Origin: Anaeromyxobacter sp.
Lineage (GTDB): Bacteria; Myxococcota; Myxococcia; Myxococcales; Anaeromyxobacteraceae
Direction of reading: 5' to 3'
Length of the DNA: 64,000 bases
Assembly (NCBI GenBank): GCA_049840735.1
Contig: JASGJN010000017.1
Location: 288,001 to 352,000 of the forward strand
Shown: piece by piece, positions 10,384-19,482 of the stretch
How the letters are laid out: each line of letters starts with the position of its first letter
How positions within the stretch are numbered: position 1 is the stretch's first letter
The notes under the pieces: model-generated
The model's input: the letters and a program-made list of their open reading frames with translations, nothing else
What the model was told of the DNA's origin: nothing
Database searches by the model: none
Program-made: the position numbers and the translations under genes

Positions 10384-11966
10384 TGGCCGGCCTCCATCAG
10401 CTCCAGGAACGGGTTGAAGTAGCGGTCGCTCCGCTGGACCACGCCGAGGAGCCCCTTGCCGCCCTCCTCGCCGCGGGCCACGTCGCCGAAGCGGGCCTTG
10501 CCGATGGCCTTCATGAGCCCGTCCTGCGCCACCTCCTGGAGCAGCTCGTGCGCGCGCCCCAGCGTCTCGGCCGCCCGCCGCTGCACCACGCCGTCCGCCT
10601 TGAAGGTGATCTCCGCCCCCATCGACCGCCAGGCCCGGTAGACGTAGTCGGCGCTCTTGAGCGCCACGTACCGGTCCATCAGGAAGGGGTTGTGCATGGC
10701 CTCGGTCATCATGCCCAGCAGCTGGATCCCCTGCCCCGTCACCCAGGACACCACGTCGGACATCACGTCGTAGGCGTGGCTGAAGAAGATGTCGCCCTGC
10801 TTGTGCTTGGTGGGCGGCATGTACTTGATGGGCGCCTCGGGGAAGAGCGTCCTCACCAGCAGCGCCTGCGCGAACTCGCGGGCCACGGTGTCCTCGCGGG
10901 CGGGGTCGATCTCGAAGGAGTGACCCAGGCCGATGAGCCGGTCGGGCAGGCCGGCCCGGTGGGCGAAGCTCTCGTTGATGAACTGGCTGGCGATGACGGT
11001 GTGGGCCGCCTCGTCGGCGTCGGCCGTGGTGATGTAGTTGTCCTCGCCGGTGTTGATGATCACGTCGGCCAGCGCGCAGATGCGGCGGGAGAAGTACTGG
11101 TCGCACAGGGTCCGCTTCATGTTGATGTCGCGGAAGAGGATCCCGTACATGGCGTCGTTGAGGAGCATGTCCAGCCGCTCCCACGCCGCCGAGAAGGCGA
11201 TCTCCGGCATGCACAGGCCGGAGGAGTAGTTGGTGAGGTGGATGTAGCGGCGCAGCCGGCGCGACTCGTCGTCGAGCGCCTCGCGCATGATGCGGAAGTT
11301 CTCCTGGGTGGCGTAGGTGCCGCCGTAGCCCTCGGTGGTGGCGCCGTGGGGGACGTAGTCGAGCAGCGACTGCGCGGTGGAGCGGATCACCGCGATGATG
11401 TCGGCGCCGGCCTGCGCGGCGGCCCGGGCCTGCTCCACGTCGTCGTGGATGTTGCCGGTGGCGACGATCAGGTACTTGTGCGGCCGCGGCCCGGTCCCCA
11501 GCTCGGCCTTGAGCGCGTTGCGCCGCTTCACCCGGGCGCGCAGCTCCTCCACCGCGGCGCGGGCGTCGCGGCGCAGGTCGGCCTGGAGCGCGCGCTCCTC
11601 CGACTCCGGCAGCGGCTCCGGGTTGGGCGGCAGCGCCGTGAGCCGCTCGACCACGGCCACCGGATCGCTGGCCCCCCGGCGCAGCACGTAGCCCATCCAG
11701 TAGGCGGCCCCGCGGCCCAGCAGCCCGCGCTCGTGCAGCGCGTCCACCGCCAGGTTCACCAGCGGCACGCCCCGCGGGCCGGCGTCGTGCAGGCCGTAGA
11801 GCCGCAGCACGGTCCGCTCGATGGAGACGGTGGTGTGCCGCTGCACGAACTCCAGCACCTGCGCCGTGACCTGGTCGGCGAGGGCGCGGCAGTGCTCGAC
11901 CAGGGTCCGGTCGAGGCGCAGATTCGGGACGACGCGGCCGTCGGGGAGCTCCATGCCGGCATGCAT
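10380..11966 (-). CDS. kamD: Lysine 5,6-aminomutase alpha subunit
   Basis: HTTVSIERT, YLIVATGNIHDD, GYGGTYATQENF, NYSSGLCMPEIA and KYMPPTKH motifs; exact start uncertain. Confidence 0.95.
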   Translation of the reverse strand: MHAGMELPDGRVVPNLRLDRTLVEHCRALADQVTAQVLEFVQRHTTVSIERTVLRLYGLHDAGPRGVPLVNLAVDALHERGLLGRGAAYWMGYVLRRGASDPVAVVERLTALPPNPEPLPESEERALQADLRRDARAAVEELRARVKRRNALKAELGTGPRPHKYLIVATGNIHDDVEQARAAAQAGADIIAVIRSTAQSLLDYVPHGATTEGYGGTYATQENFRIMREALDDESRRLRRYIHLTNYSSGLCMPEIAFSAAWERLDMLLNDAMYGILFRDINMKRTLCDQYFSRRICALADVIINTGEDNYITTADADEAAHTVIASQFINESFAHRAGLPDRLIGLGHSFEIDPAREDTVAREFAQALLVRTLFPEAPIKYMPPTKHKQGDIFFSHAYDVMSDVVSWVTGQGIQLLGMMTEAMHNPFLMDRYVALKSADYVYRAWRSMGAEITFKADGVVQRRAAETLGRAHELLQEVAQDGLMKAIGKARFGDVARGEEGGKGLLGVVQRSDRYFNPFLELMEAGQ

Positions 11967-12047
11967 TAGGCCCAAGGGACCAGAAGGGCAAGCTTCCTCC
12001 CGGGCCCCCAGCAGAAATGCGGAGGCCCGGGCCGCGGCTCCCTTCGC

Positions 12048-13109
12048 TCACGCGATGCGGCCCCCGCCCAGCACCTCGTCCGCGTCGTAGAAGACCGCCG
12101 CCTGGCCCGGGGCCACGCCTCGCACCGGCCGGGCCAGCGCCACCGCCGCCCGTCCGCCCGGCAGCGGCCGGACCTCCGCCTCCTCGCCCTCGTGCCGGTG
12201 GCGCACCCTGACCCGCGCCCTCACCGGCCCGGCGGGCGGTGCGCCGGCGACCCAGGAGACCTCGCCCACCTCGAAGCTGGAGCGCGAGGCCTCGGCCGCC
12301 GTCCCCACCACCACCTGGGCGCGCGCCGCGTCGATGGCCACCACGTAGCGCGGCTCCGGCCCCGGCAGCCCCAGGCCGCGGCGCTGACCGACCGTGAAGT
12401 GGTGCACGCCGGCGTGGCGGCCCAGCACCTCGCCGGCGGTGGAGACGAACTCCCCGGCCCTGACCCGCCCCGGCGCGCGCAGGGACACGAAGTCGCCGGC
12501 GTCGCCCCGGGTCACGAAGCAGATCTCCTGCGAGTCCGGCTTGGCCGCGTTGGCCAGCCCGGCCCGGGCGGCCTCGGCCCGCACCAGCGGCTTGGGCAGC
12601 TCGCCCACCGGGAAGAGCACCTCCCGCAGCGCCTCCTGGCCCAGGCCGTAGAGGAAGTAGCTCTGGTCCTTGGCCGGATCGGCGGCGGTGAGCAGCGCCC
12701 GCCGGCCCCCTCGGTCCTCCACCCGCGCGTAGTGGCCGGTGGCGAGGCGCGCCCCCAGCGCGCGGGCCCGGGCCAGCAGCCAGTCGAACTTCACCTCGGT
12801 GTTGCAGCGGACGCAGGGGTTGGGCGTGCGCCCCTCCACGTAGTCGTCCACGAAGCGATCGATGACCCGCGCCCGGAAGGCGGCCTCCACGTTGGCCACG
12901 TAGAACGGGATGCCCAGCCGGCGGGCCGCGGCGCGCGCGTCCTCCACGTCGTCCGGGGCGCAGCAGGAGCGGCCCCGCGCGGCGTCGGAGTAGTCGGCCA
13001 CGCGCAGCGTGACGCCCAGCACCTCGTGCCCCTGCGAGACGAGGAGCGCGGCCGCCGCGGAGGAGTCGACGCCGCCGGACATGGCGACCAGGATGCGCTG
13101 CTTGGACAC
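12048..13109 (-). CDS. mnmA: tRNA-specific 2-thiouridylase
   Basis: [32 protein letters not shown] and DSQEICF motifs. Confidence 0.97.
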   Translation of the reverse strand: MSKQRILVAMSGGVDSSAAAALLVSQGHEVLGVTLRVADYSDAARGRSCCAPDDVEDARAAARRLGIPFYVANVEAAFRARVIDRFVDDYVEGRTPNPCVRCNTEVKFDWLLARARALGARLATGHYARVEDRGGRRALLTAADPAKDQSYFLYGLGQEALREVLFPVGELPKPLVRAEAARAGLANAAKPDSQEICFVTRGDAGDFVSLRAPGRVRAGEFVSTAGEVLGRHAGVHHFTVGQRRGLGLPGPEPRYVVAIDAARAQVVVGTAAEASRSSFEVGEVSWVAGAPPAGPVRARVRVRHRHEGEEAEVRPLPGGRAAVALARPVRGVAPGQAAVFYDADEVLGGGRIA

Positions 13110-13142
13110 GGCCCGGTGTGTAGCCTCGACCGGCCCCGCGGA

Positions 13143-14400
13143 TCAACCCGCCGCGACGGTGGTACCGCCGCCCGCGGGGGCCGCAGGCTGCTCGGCCGGC
13201 CGGTCGGGGATCTCCAGCGTGAACCTGGCGCCGGTGAAGTGGTGGGTGGCCCCCACCGGCTGGGTGCGGGGTGGGCTCTCCGCCCAGACCCGCCCGCCGT
13301 GGGCCACCGCGATGCGCCGCGCCACCGGCAGCCCCAGCCCGGAGCCGGGCGGCCGCGTCTCCTCGGTGCCGCGGGCGGCGGCGTGATGGAGCGGCTCGAA
13401 GATGCGCTCCGCCTCGCCGGCCGGGATGCCCGGCCCCTGGTCGTAGATGGTGAAGCGGAGCAGCCCGTGATCCCGCGCCACCTCCACCAGCACCTCACCG
13501 CCGTGCGGCGAGAACTTCACGGCGTTGCCCACCAGGTTCAGCAGCGCCTGGCGCAGCTTGCGCAGGTCCGCCTTCACCGGCCCGCCGCCGCCGTGCACGA
13601 CGGCGACGTGCAAGCGCGCGTCCCTGGCCGCCGGCCGGAGCTCGGCCACCACGTCGTCCGCCAGCTGGTCCGGGCTGACCGCCCCCTCGACGATGGGGGC
13701 GTGGCCGGCCTGCAGGCTGGCGAAGTCGGAGAGGTTGTCCACGATGCGGGTGAGGCGCCCCACCGACTGCAGCATCGCGTCCACGATCCGCTTCTGCTGC
13801 GGGGGCAGCGCGCCCAGCTTCTCCGACTGCAGGATGCGCAGGTAGCCGGCGATGGGCGTGAGCGGGGTGGAGAGCTCGTGCGCCAGGTTGTGCATGAAGG
13901 CGCTCTTGAGCTTGTCGGTCTCCACCAGCTGGGCGCTGGCCCGCCGCTCCGAGGAGAGCGCGGGTCTCGAGCCGCGCCGCCATGGCGCCGGAGAGCGCCT
14001 TCAAGGCCTCGCGCTCGCCCTCCTCCGGCAGCCGCTCGCGCTTGCCGTCCAGGAACGCGCGCACGTCGTCCGCCAGGTGCTCTCCCAGCGTCCGCGGCAG
14101 GAAGCCGTCGGCGCCGGCCGCCAGGGCCGCGTCGTGCTCCTCGCGCGACTCGCCCACCGCCACGATGGGCACGTGGGCCAGCGCCCGCTCGCGCTTGAGG
14201 CGGGCCGCCAGCTCGTGCCCCTCGATGTCCGGCAGGTGCACGTCGGCCACGATCAGGTCGGGCGGCGAGGTGAGCGCGCGGGAGATCCCGTCCAGCCCGG
14301 ACGTGGACGTATCCACGGCGAAGCCGCCTGCCTCCAGCAGGGACTTCACGCGGGCCCGCAGGGCCTCGTTCTCCTCGATGCAGAGCACGCGGGGCGACAT
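13143..14400 (-). CDS. Hybrid receiver-histidine kinase; frameshifted near 13930-13970
   Basis: N-terminal REC domain (PPDLIVADVHLPDIEG); C-terminal HELSTPL H-box, NAVKF and DQGPGI/GSGLGL in another frame. Confidence 0.88.
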
Positions 14401-14417
14401 GCAACGACCTCGCCTGA

Positions 14418-14423
14418 ATTATA
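14418..14423 (-). promoter_or_regulatory. TATAAT -10 box upstream of the hybrid kinase
   Basis: Perfect TATAAT 17 nt before the ATG in an otherwise very GC-rich context. Confidence 0.4.
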
Positions 14424-15726
14424 AGCCGCCGGGCCGTGCGGCCCACCAGCGGCGGAGATCATCCACCAAATTGGCCGGGGTGTTGCGGGTCGGATCCTCC
14501 AGCACCCGATCGAGCAGGTGCCGGAGCGCCTCTCCGACATGGGCCCCGGCCCCGCCCCGAGCGCCTGGATCACCCCTCGACCGTCCAGGGCCAGCGCCTG
14601 GATGGAGAGGGGGGGCTGCTGCGCCAGCACCGCCTCGACCCGTTCCTTCAGTTTCTTCACCTCGCCCTGGAGACGCCTGGAGTCTCGCGGCGGCAGCGAG
14701 CGCGCATCCGCCGCCAGCAGCACCAGCACCGCGCCGGCGCGCTCCGGGCCGACCCCGGCCAGCCAGCGCCGCACCGCCTCCGCCGTCCCGGGCAAGGGGC
14801 CCGCGTCGTCCAAGAGGCAGGCGTGCGCACGCAGGAGCGCCGCGGGTCTCGTCCGACACCTTGCGCGAGAGCCGCAGGTGCGCCAGCACCGCCACCGCAG
14901 CCTGCGCCCCCAGCCCGTGCAGACAGGCCGCGAGGCGCGACGGCAGGTCGGAGGGCGACCGCCGCACCACCGCGCCGGCGTGGGTGAGGCGCGCGGCCGG
15001 CAGCGCGGCCAGCGGCGGGAGGACCAGCGCCAGGAGGCCGGTGGTGCGCAGCAGGCGCAGCCCCGCCGCGGCGTGCGGCGCCAGGAGGAGGCGCGACAGC
15101 TCCTCGGTGATCCGCTCCACCGCCACCTTCCGCACCACCTCCAGCGTGGCCGGGATGGCGCGCCGCGTGGCCGGGTCGAGCGTGAAGCCGAGCTGGGCCG
15201 CGAAGCGGACGGCGCGCACCGGGCGCAGGCCGTCCTCCCCGAAGCGCTCCGCCGGCTCGCCCACCGCGCGCACGCGCCGGCGGCGCATGTCCTCCCGGCC
15301 GCCGAAGTAGTCGCGGAAGTCGTGCGCCAGCGGGTCGTAGGCCAGCGCGTTCATGGTGAAGTCGCGCCGGGCCAGGTCGGCCTCGAGGTCGGTGTGGAAG
15401 GTCACGGTGGCCGGGCGGCGTCCGTCGAGGTAGTCGCCCTCGCCGCGGAAGGTGGTGACCTCGATGGCCTCCCCCTGCGCCAGCACCGTCACCGTGCCGT
15501 GCTCGACGCCGGTGGGGATGACCTTGGGGAAGAGCGCCGTCACCTGCGCCGGCGTGGCCGGCGTGGCCACGTCGAAGTCGGTGGCGAGGCGCGGGCGGTG
15601 GAGGAGCAGGTCGCGGACCGCGCCGCCCACCAGCCAGGAGCGGTGGCCGGCCTCGCCCAGGCGCCTGAGCACGCCCAGCAGCGGCGCGGGGAAGGTCGCG
15701 CGGGCGAGCGCGGGAGGGACCGGCAT
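14419..15726 (-). CDS. CCA-adding tRNA nucleotidyltransferase / poly(A) polymerase family; frameshifts in the 3' third
   Basis: LVGGAVRD, DFDVAT, EVTTFR, DLARRDFTMNA and EDGLR motifs; the C-terminal LALDGRGVIQALG...PGP segment is in another frame. Confidence 0.9.
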   Translation of the reverse strand: MPVPPALARATFPAPLLGVLRRLGEAGHRSWLVGGAVRDLLLHRPRLATDFDVATPATPAQVTALFPKVIPTGVEHGTVTVLAQGEAIEVTTFRGEGDYLDGRRPATVTFHTDLEADLARRDFTMNALAYDPLAHDFRDYFGGREDMRRRRVRAVGEPAERFGEDGLRPVRAVRFAAQLGFTLDPATRRAIPATLEVVRKVAVERITEELSRLLLAPHAAAGLRLLRTTGLLALVLPPLAALPAARLTHAGAVVRRSPSDLPSRLAACLHGLGAQAAVAVLAHLRLSRKVSDETRGAPACARLPLGRRGPLARDGGGGAALAGRGRPGARRRGAGAAGGGCALAAAARLQASPGRGEETEGTGRGGAGAAAPPLHPGAGPGRSRGDPGARGGAGAHVGEALRHLLDRVLEDPTRNTPANLVDDLRRWWAARPGGL

Positions 15727-16031
15727 CAGTGCGAGAGCCGGCGCTCCTGCTCGGCGCGGTCGAGCAGCCGGAAGTAGAGCCGGATGAGCGCCACGCGGGC
15801 GCAGGGGCCCAGCGCGTCGATGGCGCCGCGGGCCACGTGGGCCGGGTCGCGGCAGATGGTGAGGAGCGCCTCGCCCACCTCGTTGGCGTCGTCGGCGGTG
15901 AGCACGTCCTCGGGGGCGGCGAACGCGTCGCGGATCTCCTCCGACTCGAAGAGCGGATGGTGTCCGCGGAGACCCTCGTCGAGGATCACCGAGAGGCGGC
16001 CGGGCGCCAGCGACACGAGCTTTTCCAGCAT
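15726..16031 (-). CDS. Hypothetical protein
   Basis: ATG with a GGAAGGG RBS; the stop is coupled to the nucleotidyltransferase start. Confidence 0.65.
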   Translation of the reverse strand: MLEKLVSLAPGRLSVILDEGLRGHHPLFESEEIRDAFAAPEDVLTADDANEVGEALLTICRDPAHVARGAIDALGPCARVALIRLYFRLLDRAEQERRLSH

Positions 16032-16234
16032 CCCTTCCACGCCCCCTGACGCGTCGCGGCCGTGCGCTCCGGACGCCCTCGCGCCCGCATCGGACACAGC
16101 CCCCAGGAACGCGCGGACCCTACCACGGACGGAGCCGGCGAGGGGTTGCCGCGAACAGGCTACGCCCCGGCCAGAGGACACGCCGGCGCGATAGCGCCTC
16201 CGCCGCTATCGCTCGCGCCGACGGTCACCCCCAG

Positions 16235-19200
16235 TCATTTCAGCGTGAAGTAGGCGCGCGCGCCCCCTTCGCGGGAGGCCCGCTCGCCTCCCGAGGTGAG
16301 GAAGAGTCTCGCCGGATTGACGCCCGCGGCGGCCAGCCGCTCGCGCGCGGCCTCGCTCCGCTGCTGGGCGAGCGCGCGGAGCGCCTCCGGCGCGATCTCC
16401 ACCCTGGCCAGCACCGCCTCCTCCATCTCCTCCGGCGGCGGGACCGGCTGCGCCGCCTGCGGCTTGGCGCCGGCCACCGGCGGCGCAGGCTTCGGGAGCG
16501 CGGCGCGATACTCCGCCTCCACGAAGGCGCGGTACTCGTGATCGAGCAGCATCACGTCGGCCGGGCCGGCCAGGCCGGCGCGCGTCGGCAGGGCCTTCCA
16601 CTTGGCCTCGCGGGCGCGCTGCTCCACCGCCAGCCGGCGCAGCGCCGTCAGGTCGGCCGCCTCGGTGGCGACGCCCTCGATGTCGAGGCGCAGGCCCGGG
16701 CGCGAGGTGAGCGCCTTGATCAGCGTCTCCATCGACTTCTCCGAGGCCGGCGCGACCGTGGCCAGGCCGGGCTGGAACTCCACCACGTCCAGCTTGGCCT
16801 CGCCGCCGCCGAAGAGCGCGCCCAGCGCGGCGAAGGGCTGGGTGGCCATCTTCACGAAGACGTTGACGATGGCGCGCCAGATGACGCGGCCCAGCCGGAA
16901 GCTGGGGTCGTCCACGTTCCCCTCCACCGGCACGTCCAGCACGATCAGGCCGTCCTTGTCCTGCAGGATGGCCAGGCCCAGCTTGACCGGGAGCTTGGTG
17001 GCGTCCGGGCTGCTGGTCCCGTCGCCCAGCGTGAGCTGGTCCACCTGGATGACGTTCTGCCCCTTGAGGTTGCGGCGCGCGACCTTGATGGAGAGGTCGA
17101 GGTCCAGCTTGCCCTTGGCCAGCTCGTAGCCCACGTACTTGCCGCAGTATGGGCCGAGCGGCGTCAGGTCCACCCCCTTCGACTTGATGGTCAGGTTGGT
17201 GGCGTCGTTCACCATGCGGGGGCTGAGCGTGCCGGTCACCTCGAGCGGCGCGCCCCCTATCCGGCCGCGGACCGCCACGTCGGAGCGGGCGGTCAGCTGG
17301 CTGGAGAGGTTCTTCACCGAGACGTCCAGGTCCGAGACCGTGAGCACCGCCGCCGGCTTCACCGAGCGGTCCACGAAGCCGACGCTGCCGCGCTGCAGGC
17401 GGAAGGCGCCGATGGCGTACTGGACGGCGGGGGCAGGTGGCGCCTTCGCGGCGGGCTGGGCTGCTGCCCGTTCGCCCTGGCCCTTCGACTCCGCGCCGGC
17501 TTCGCCGGCGCTACGCTCAGGGCGAGCGGAGTCGAAGGGCGGCGCCGAGCTGGACGCCGCCACCGGCTCCGCCGCCGGCACCTCGTCCGGCCGCTGCTCC
17601 GGCTTCGCCGGCGGCGTCTTGAGGATGCGCGCCAGGTTGGAGGAGCCGTCCTCGCCCATCCGCACCCGGACCTGCGGCTCCGTCCAGCGGATGGTCTTGA
17701 GCACGTAGGGCGCCGGCGCCTGCGCCACGTCCATGCCCAGCAGCTCCAGGCTCTTCCAGCGGAGCAGCTCCTCTCCCCGGAGCGCGTCGGCCACCGCCAG
17801 GTCGTCCAGCCGGACGTCGCCGGTGAAGTGGTACGCCAGCGGCTCCGCCAGCGCGTCCACGGTGGCGTGGCCGTCCAGGCCGAAGCGGCCGGAGGGGAGG
17901 CGCGCCTCCAGGTCGCCGTAGAGGAGCAGGTAGGGATCCAGCACCGGCAGCTCCAGCCCCTCGACGTGCAGGTCCAGCTCCGCCCTCGCCGTCCACGGAT
18001 TGACCGGGCCGTTGAGGGTCAGCTTCCCGGCGCCGTTCCAGCCCGCGCTCGCCTCCAGCCGGGCCTGCTGCGACCGATCGCTGCTGAGCCCGGTCAGCGC
18101 CACGGAGAGCGGCGCCAGCGAGATCGAGACCGGGCGCGCCGGGAGCGCGTCCTCGAAGCGCACGTCCAGGCCCTCCACTCCGACGCGCTTCACGAGCCAG
18201 CGGAGCTTCGGGGCGGCGGCCTTCTCCGTCCCCGCCGCGCCGGTCTTCTGCGCCGGCGCCGCGCCGGTGGAAGGGCGAGCGGGACTGGCGCCGGCCCCCG
18301 GCGCGGCCCCCATCGCCACCAGGTCGATCCTCCCGTCCGCCCCGCGCCGGGCGCGGATCACCCCGCCCTTGAGCGCCACCTCGCCCACCTCGAACTGCTG
18401 CGCCAGCACGTCGGCCTGGATGCCGCCCACGTCCACCTGCGGCAGCTCCAGCGAAGGCTGCTGCGCGCCGCGGAGCGCCAGCGCCAGGCCGCGCAGCCCC
18501 ACCGCGCCGTCCTTCACGCGGAAGACGCGCCGCTGCGCGCTCCACTCCGCCTCGTAGCTGCCGCTGACCCCCAGCGTGCCGCCGCGCAGGTCGAACCCCA
18601 CGTCGCGCTCGTAGTAGGGCGAGTACTTGGGGAGCTGCAGCTCCTGCAGCGAGAGCGTCCCCGCCGACTGGAGCGGGCCGATGCCCACCGTGCCGCTCCA
18701 GGCGAACTTCTCCCCCGCCTCGGTGGCGCCGTCGAAGGCGTAGGTGCCGTTGGTGCCGGGCCGGGTGCGGAAGTCGGCCAGGCGGATGGTGAGGGGACCG
18801 ACGGTGGTGCTGAAGGGCCGGCCGCGGGAGAGATCCTCGAAGGCCACGCTGGCCCGCTCGATGGCCAGGCGGTCCACGCCGAACACCCACGGCTCGGACG
18901 GCTCCTCCGGCTGCGCCGGCGCGGCCGGATCCCCGGCCGTCAGGTTCTTGATGATGTCCTCGATGTTGAGCGAGCCGTCGGGGAGCATCAGGAGGCGGAA
19001 GCGGAAGTTGGTGAGCTCCACCGCGTCCAGGCCGATCTCCCGGCGCACCACCGGCCAGAGCTTGGCGTCCACCAGCAGCCGGTCGAAGCCCATCAGCTCC
19101 GCGCCGTCCACGGCCTTCACCCGCAGGTGCTCGACCGTGACCGCCAGCGTGTAGGGGTTGAGCCGCACCCGCTCCACCGCCACCTCCCGTCGCAGGAGCG

Positions 19201-19348
19201 CCGAGAGCCGCTTCTCCAGCTGCCCGCGAGCGATGGCCGGCACGATCAAGAAGCCGGCCAGCGTGTAGAGGAGCAGGGCGGAGGCGAGGGTGACGAGGAG
19301 CCGGCGGTGGCGGCGGAGCCGACCGCGGAGATCGATGGCGCTGGACAT
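16235..19348 (-). CDS. DUF748/AsmA-like envelope protein with OmpA-like C-terminal region
   Basis: N-terminal anchor LLYTLAGFLIVP, RLNPYTL, and C-terminal LPVKLGLAILQDKDG...VPVEGNVDDPSF typical of DUF748 proteins. Confidence 0.88.
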   Translation of the reverse strand: MSSAIDLRGRLRRHRRLLVTLASALLLYTLAGFLIVPAIARGQLEKRLSALLRREVAVERVRLNPYTLAVTVEHLRVKAVDGAELMGFDRLLVDAKLWPVVRREIGLDAVELTNFRFRLLMLPDGSLNIEDIIKNLTAGDPAAPAQPEEPSEPWVFGVDRLAIERASVAFEDLSRGRPFSTTVGPLTIRLADFRTRPGTNGTYAFDGATEAGEKFAWSGTVGIGPLQSAGTLSLQELQLPKYSPYYERDVGFDLRGGTLGVSGSYEAEWSAQRRVFRVKDGAVGLRGLALALRGAQQPSLELPQVDVGGIQADVLAQQFEVGEVALKGGVIRARRGADGRIDLVAMGAAPGAGASPARPSTGAAPAQKTGAAGTEKAAAPKLRWLVKRVGVEGLDVRFEDALPARPVSISLAPLSVALTGLSSDRSQQARLEASAGWNGAGKLTLNGPVNPWTARAELDLHVEGLELPVLDPYLLLYGDLEARLPSGRFGLDGHATVDALAEPLAYHFTGDVRLDDLAVADALRGEELLRWKSLELLGMDVAQAPAPYVLKTIRWTEPQVRVRMGEDGSSNLARILKTPPAKPEQRPDEVPAAEPVAASSSAPPFDSARPERSAGEAGAESKGQGERAAAQPAAKAPPAPAVQYAIGAFRLQRGSVGFVDRSVKPAAVLTVSDLDVSVKNLSSQLTARSDVAVRGRIGGAPLEVTGTLSPRMVNDATNLTIKSKGVDLTPLGPYCGKYVGYELAKGKLDLDLSIKVARRNLKGQNVIQVDQLTLGDGTSSPDATKLPVKLGLAILQDKDGLIVLDVPVEGNVDDPSFRLGRVIWRAIVNVFVKMATQPFAALGALFGGGEAKLDVVEFQPGLATVAPASEKSMETLIKALTSRPGLRLDIEGVATEAADLTALRRLAVEQRAREAKWKALPTRAGLAGPADVMLLDHEYRAFVEAEYRAALPKPAPPVAGAKPQAAQPVPPPEEMEEAVLARVEIAPEALRALAQQRSEAARERLAAAGVNPARLFLTSGGERASREGGARAYFTLK
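17467..17540. repeat. REP-like palindromic element inside the DUF748 CDS, in frame
   Basis: GCCCTTCGACTCCG...CGGAGTCGAAGGGC inverted arms with internal GCTACGCTCAGGG; translates as PFDSARPERSAGEAGAESKG. Confidence 0.72.
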
Positions 19349-19482
19349 GGTGATGCTCCCTCTCAGTGCAGAGGGCAGATCTACTCCACGCCGCCCGGTC
19401 GATCGGGTCCCTGGCGGGGAAGGCGATCCTCTCGTCCCGCGCTCGCGCGACGGGGAGTTGCTCCCCGCCGCGCGGCCGGCGC

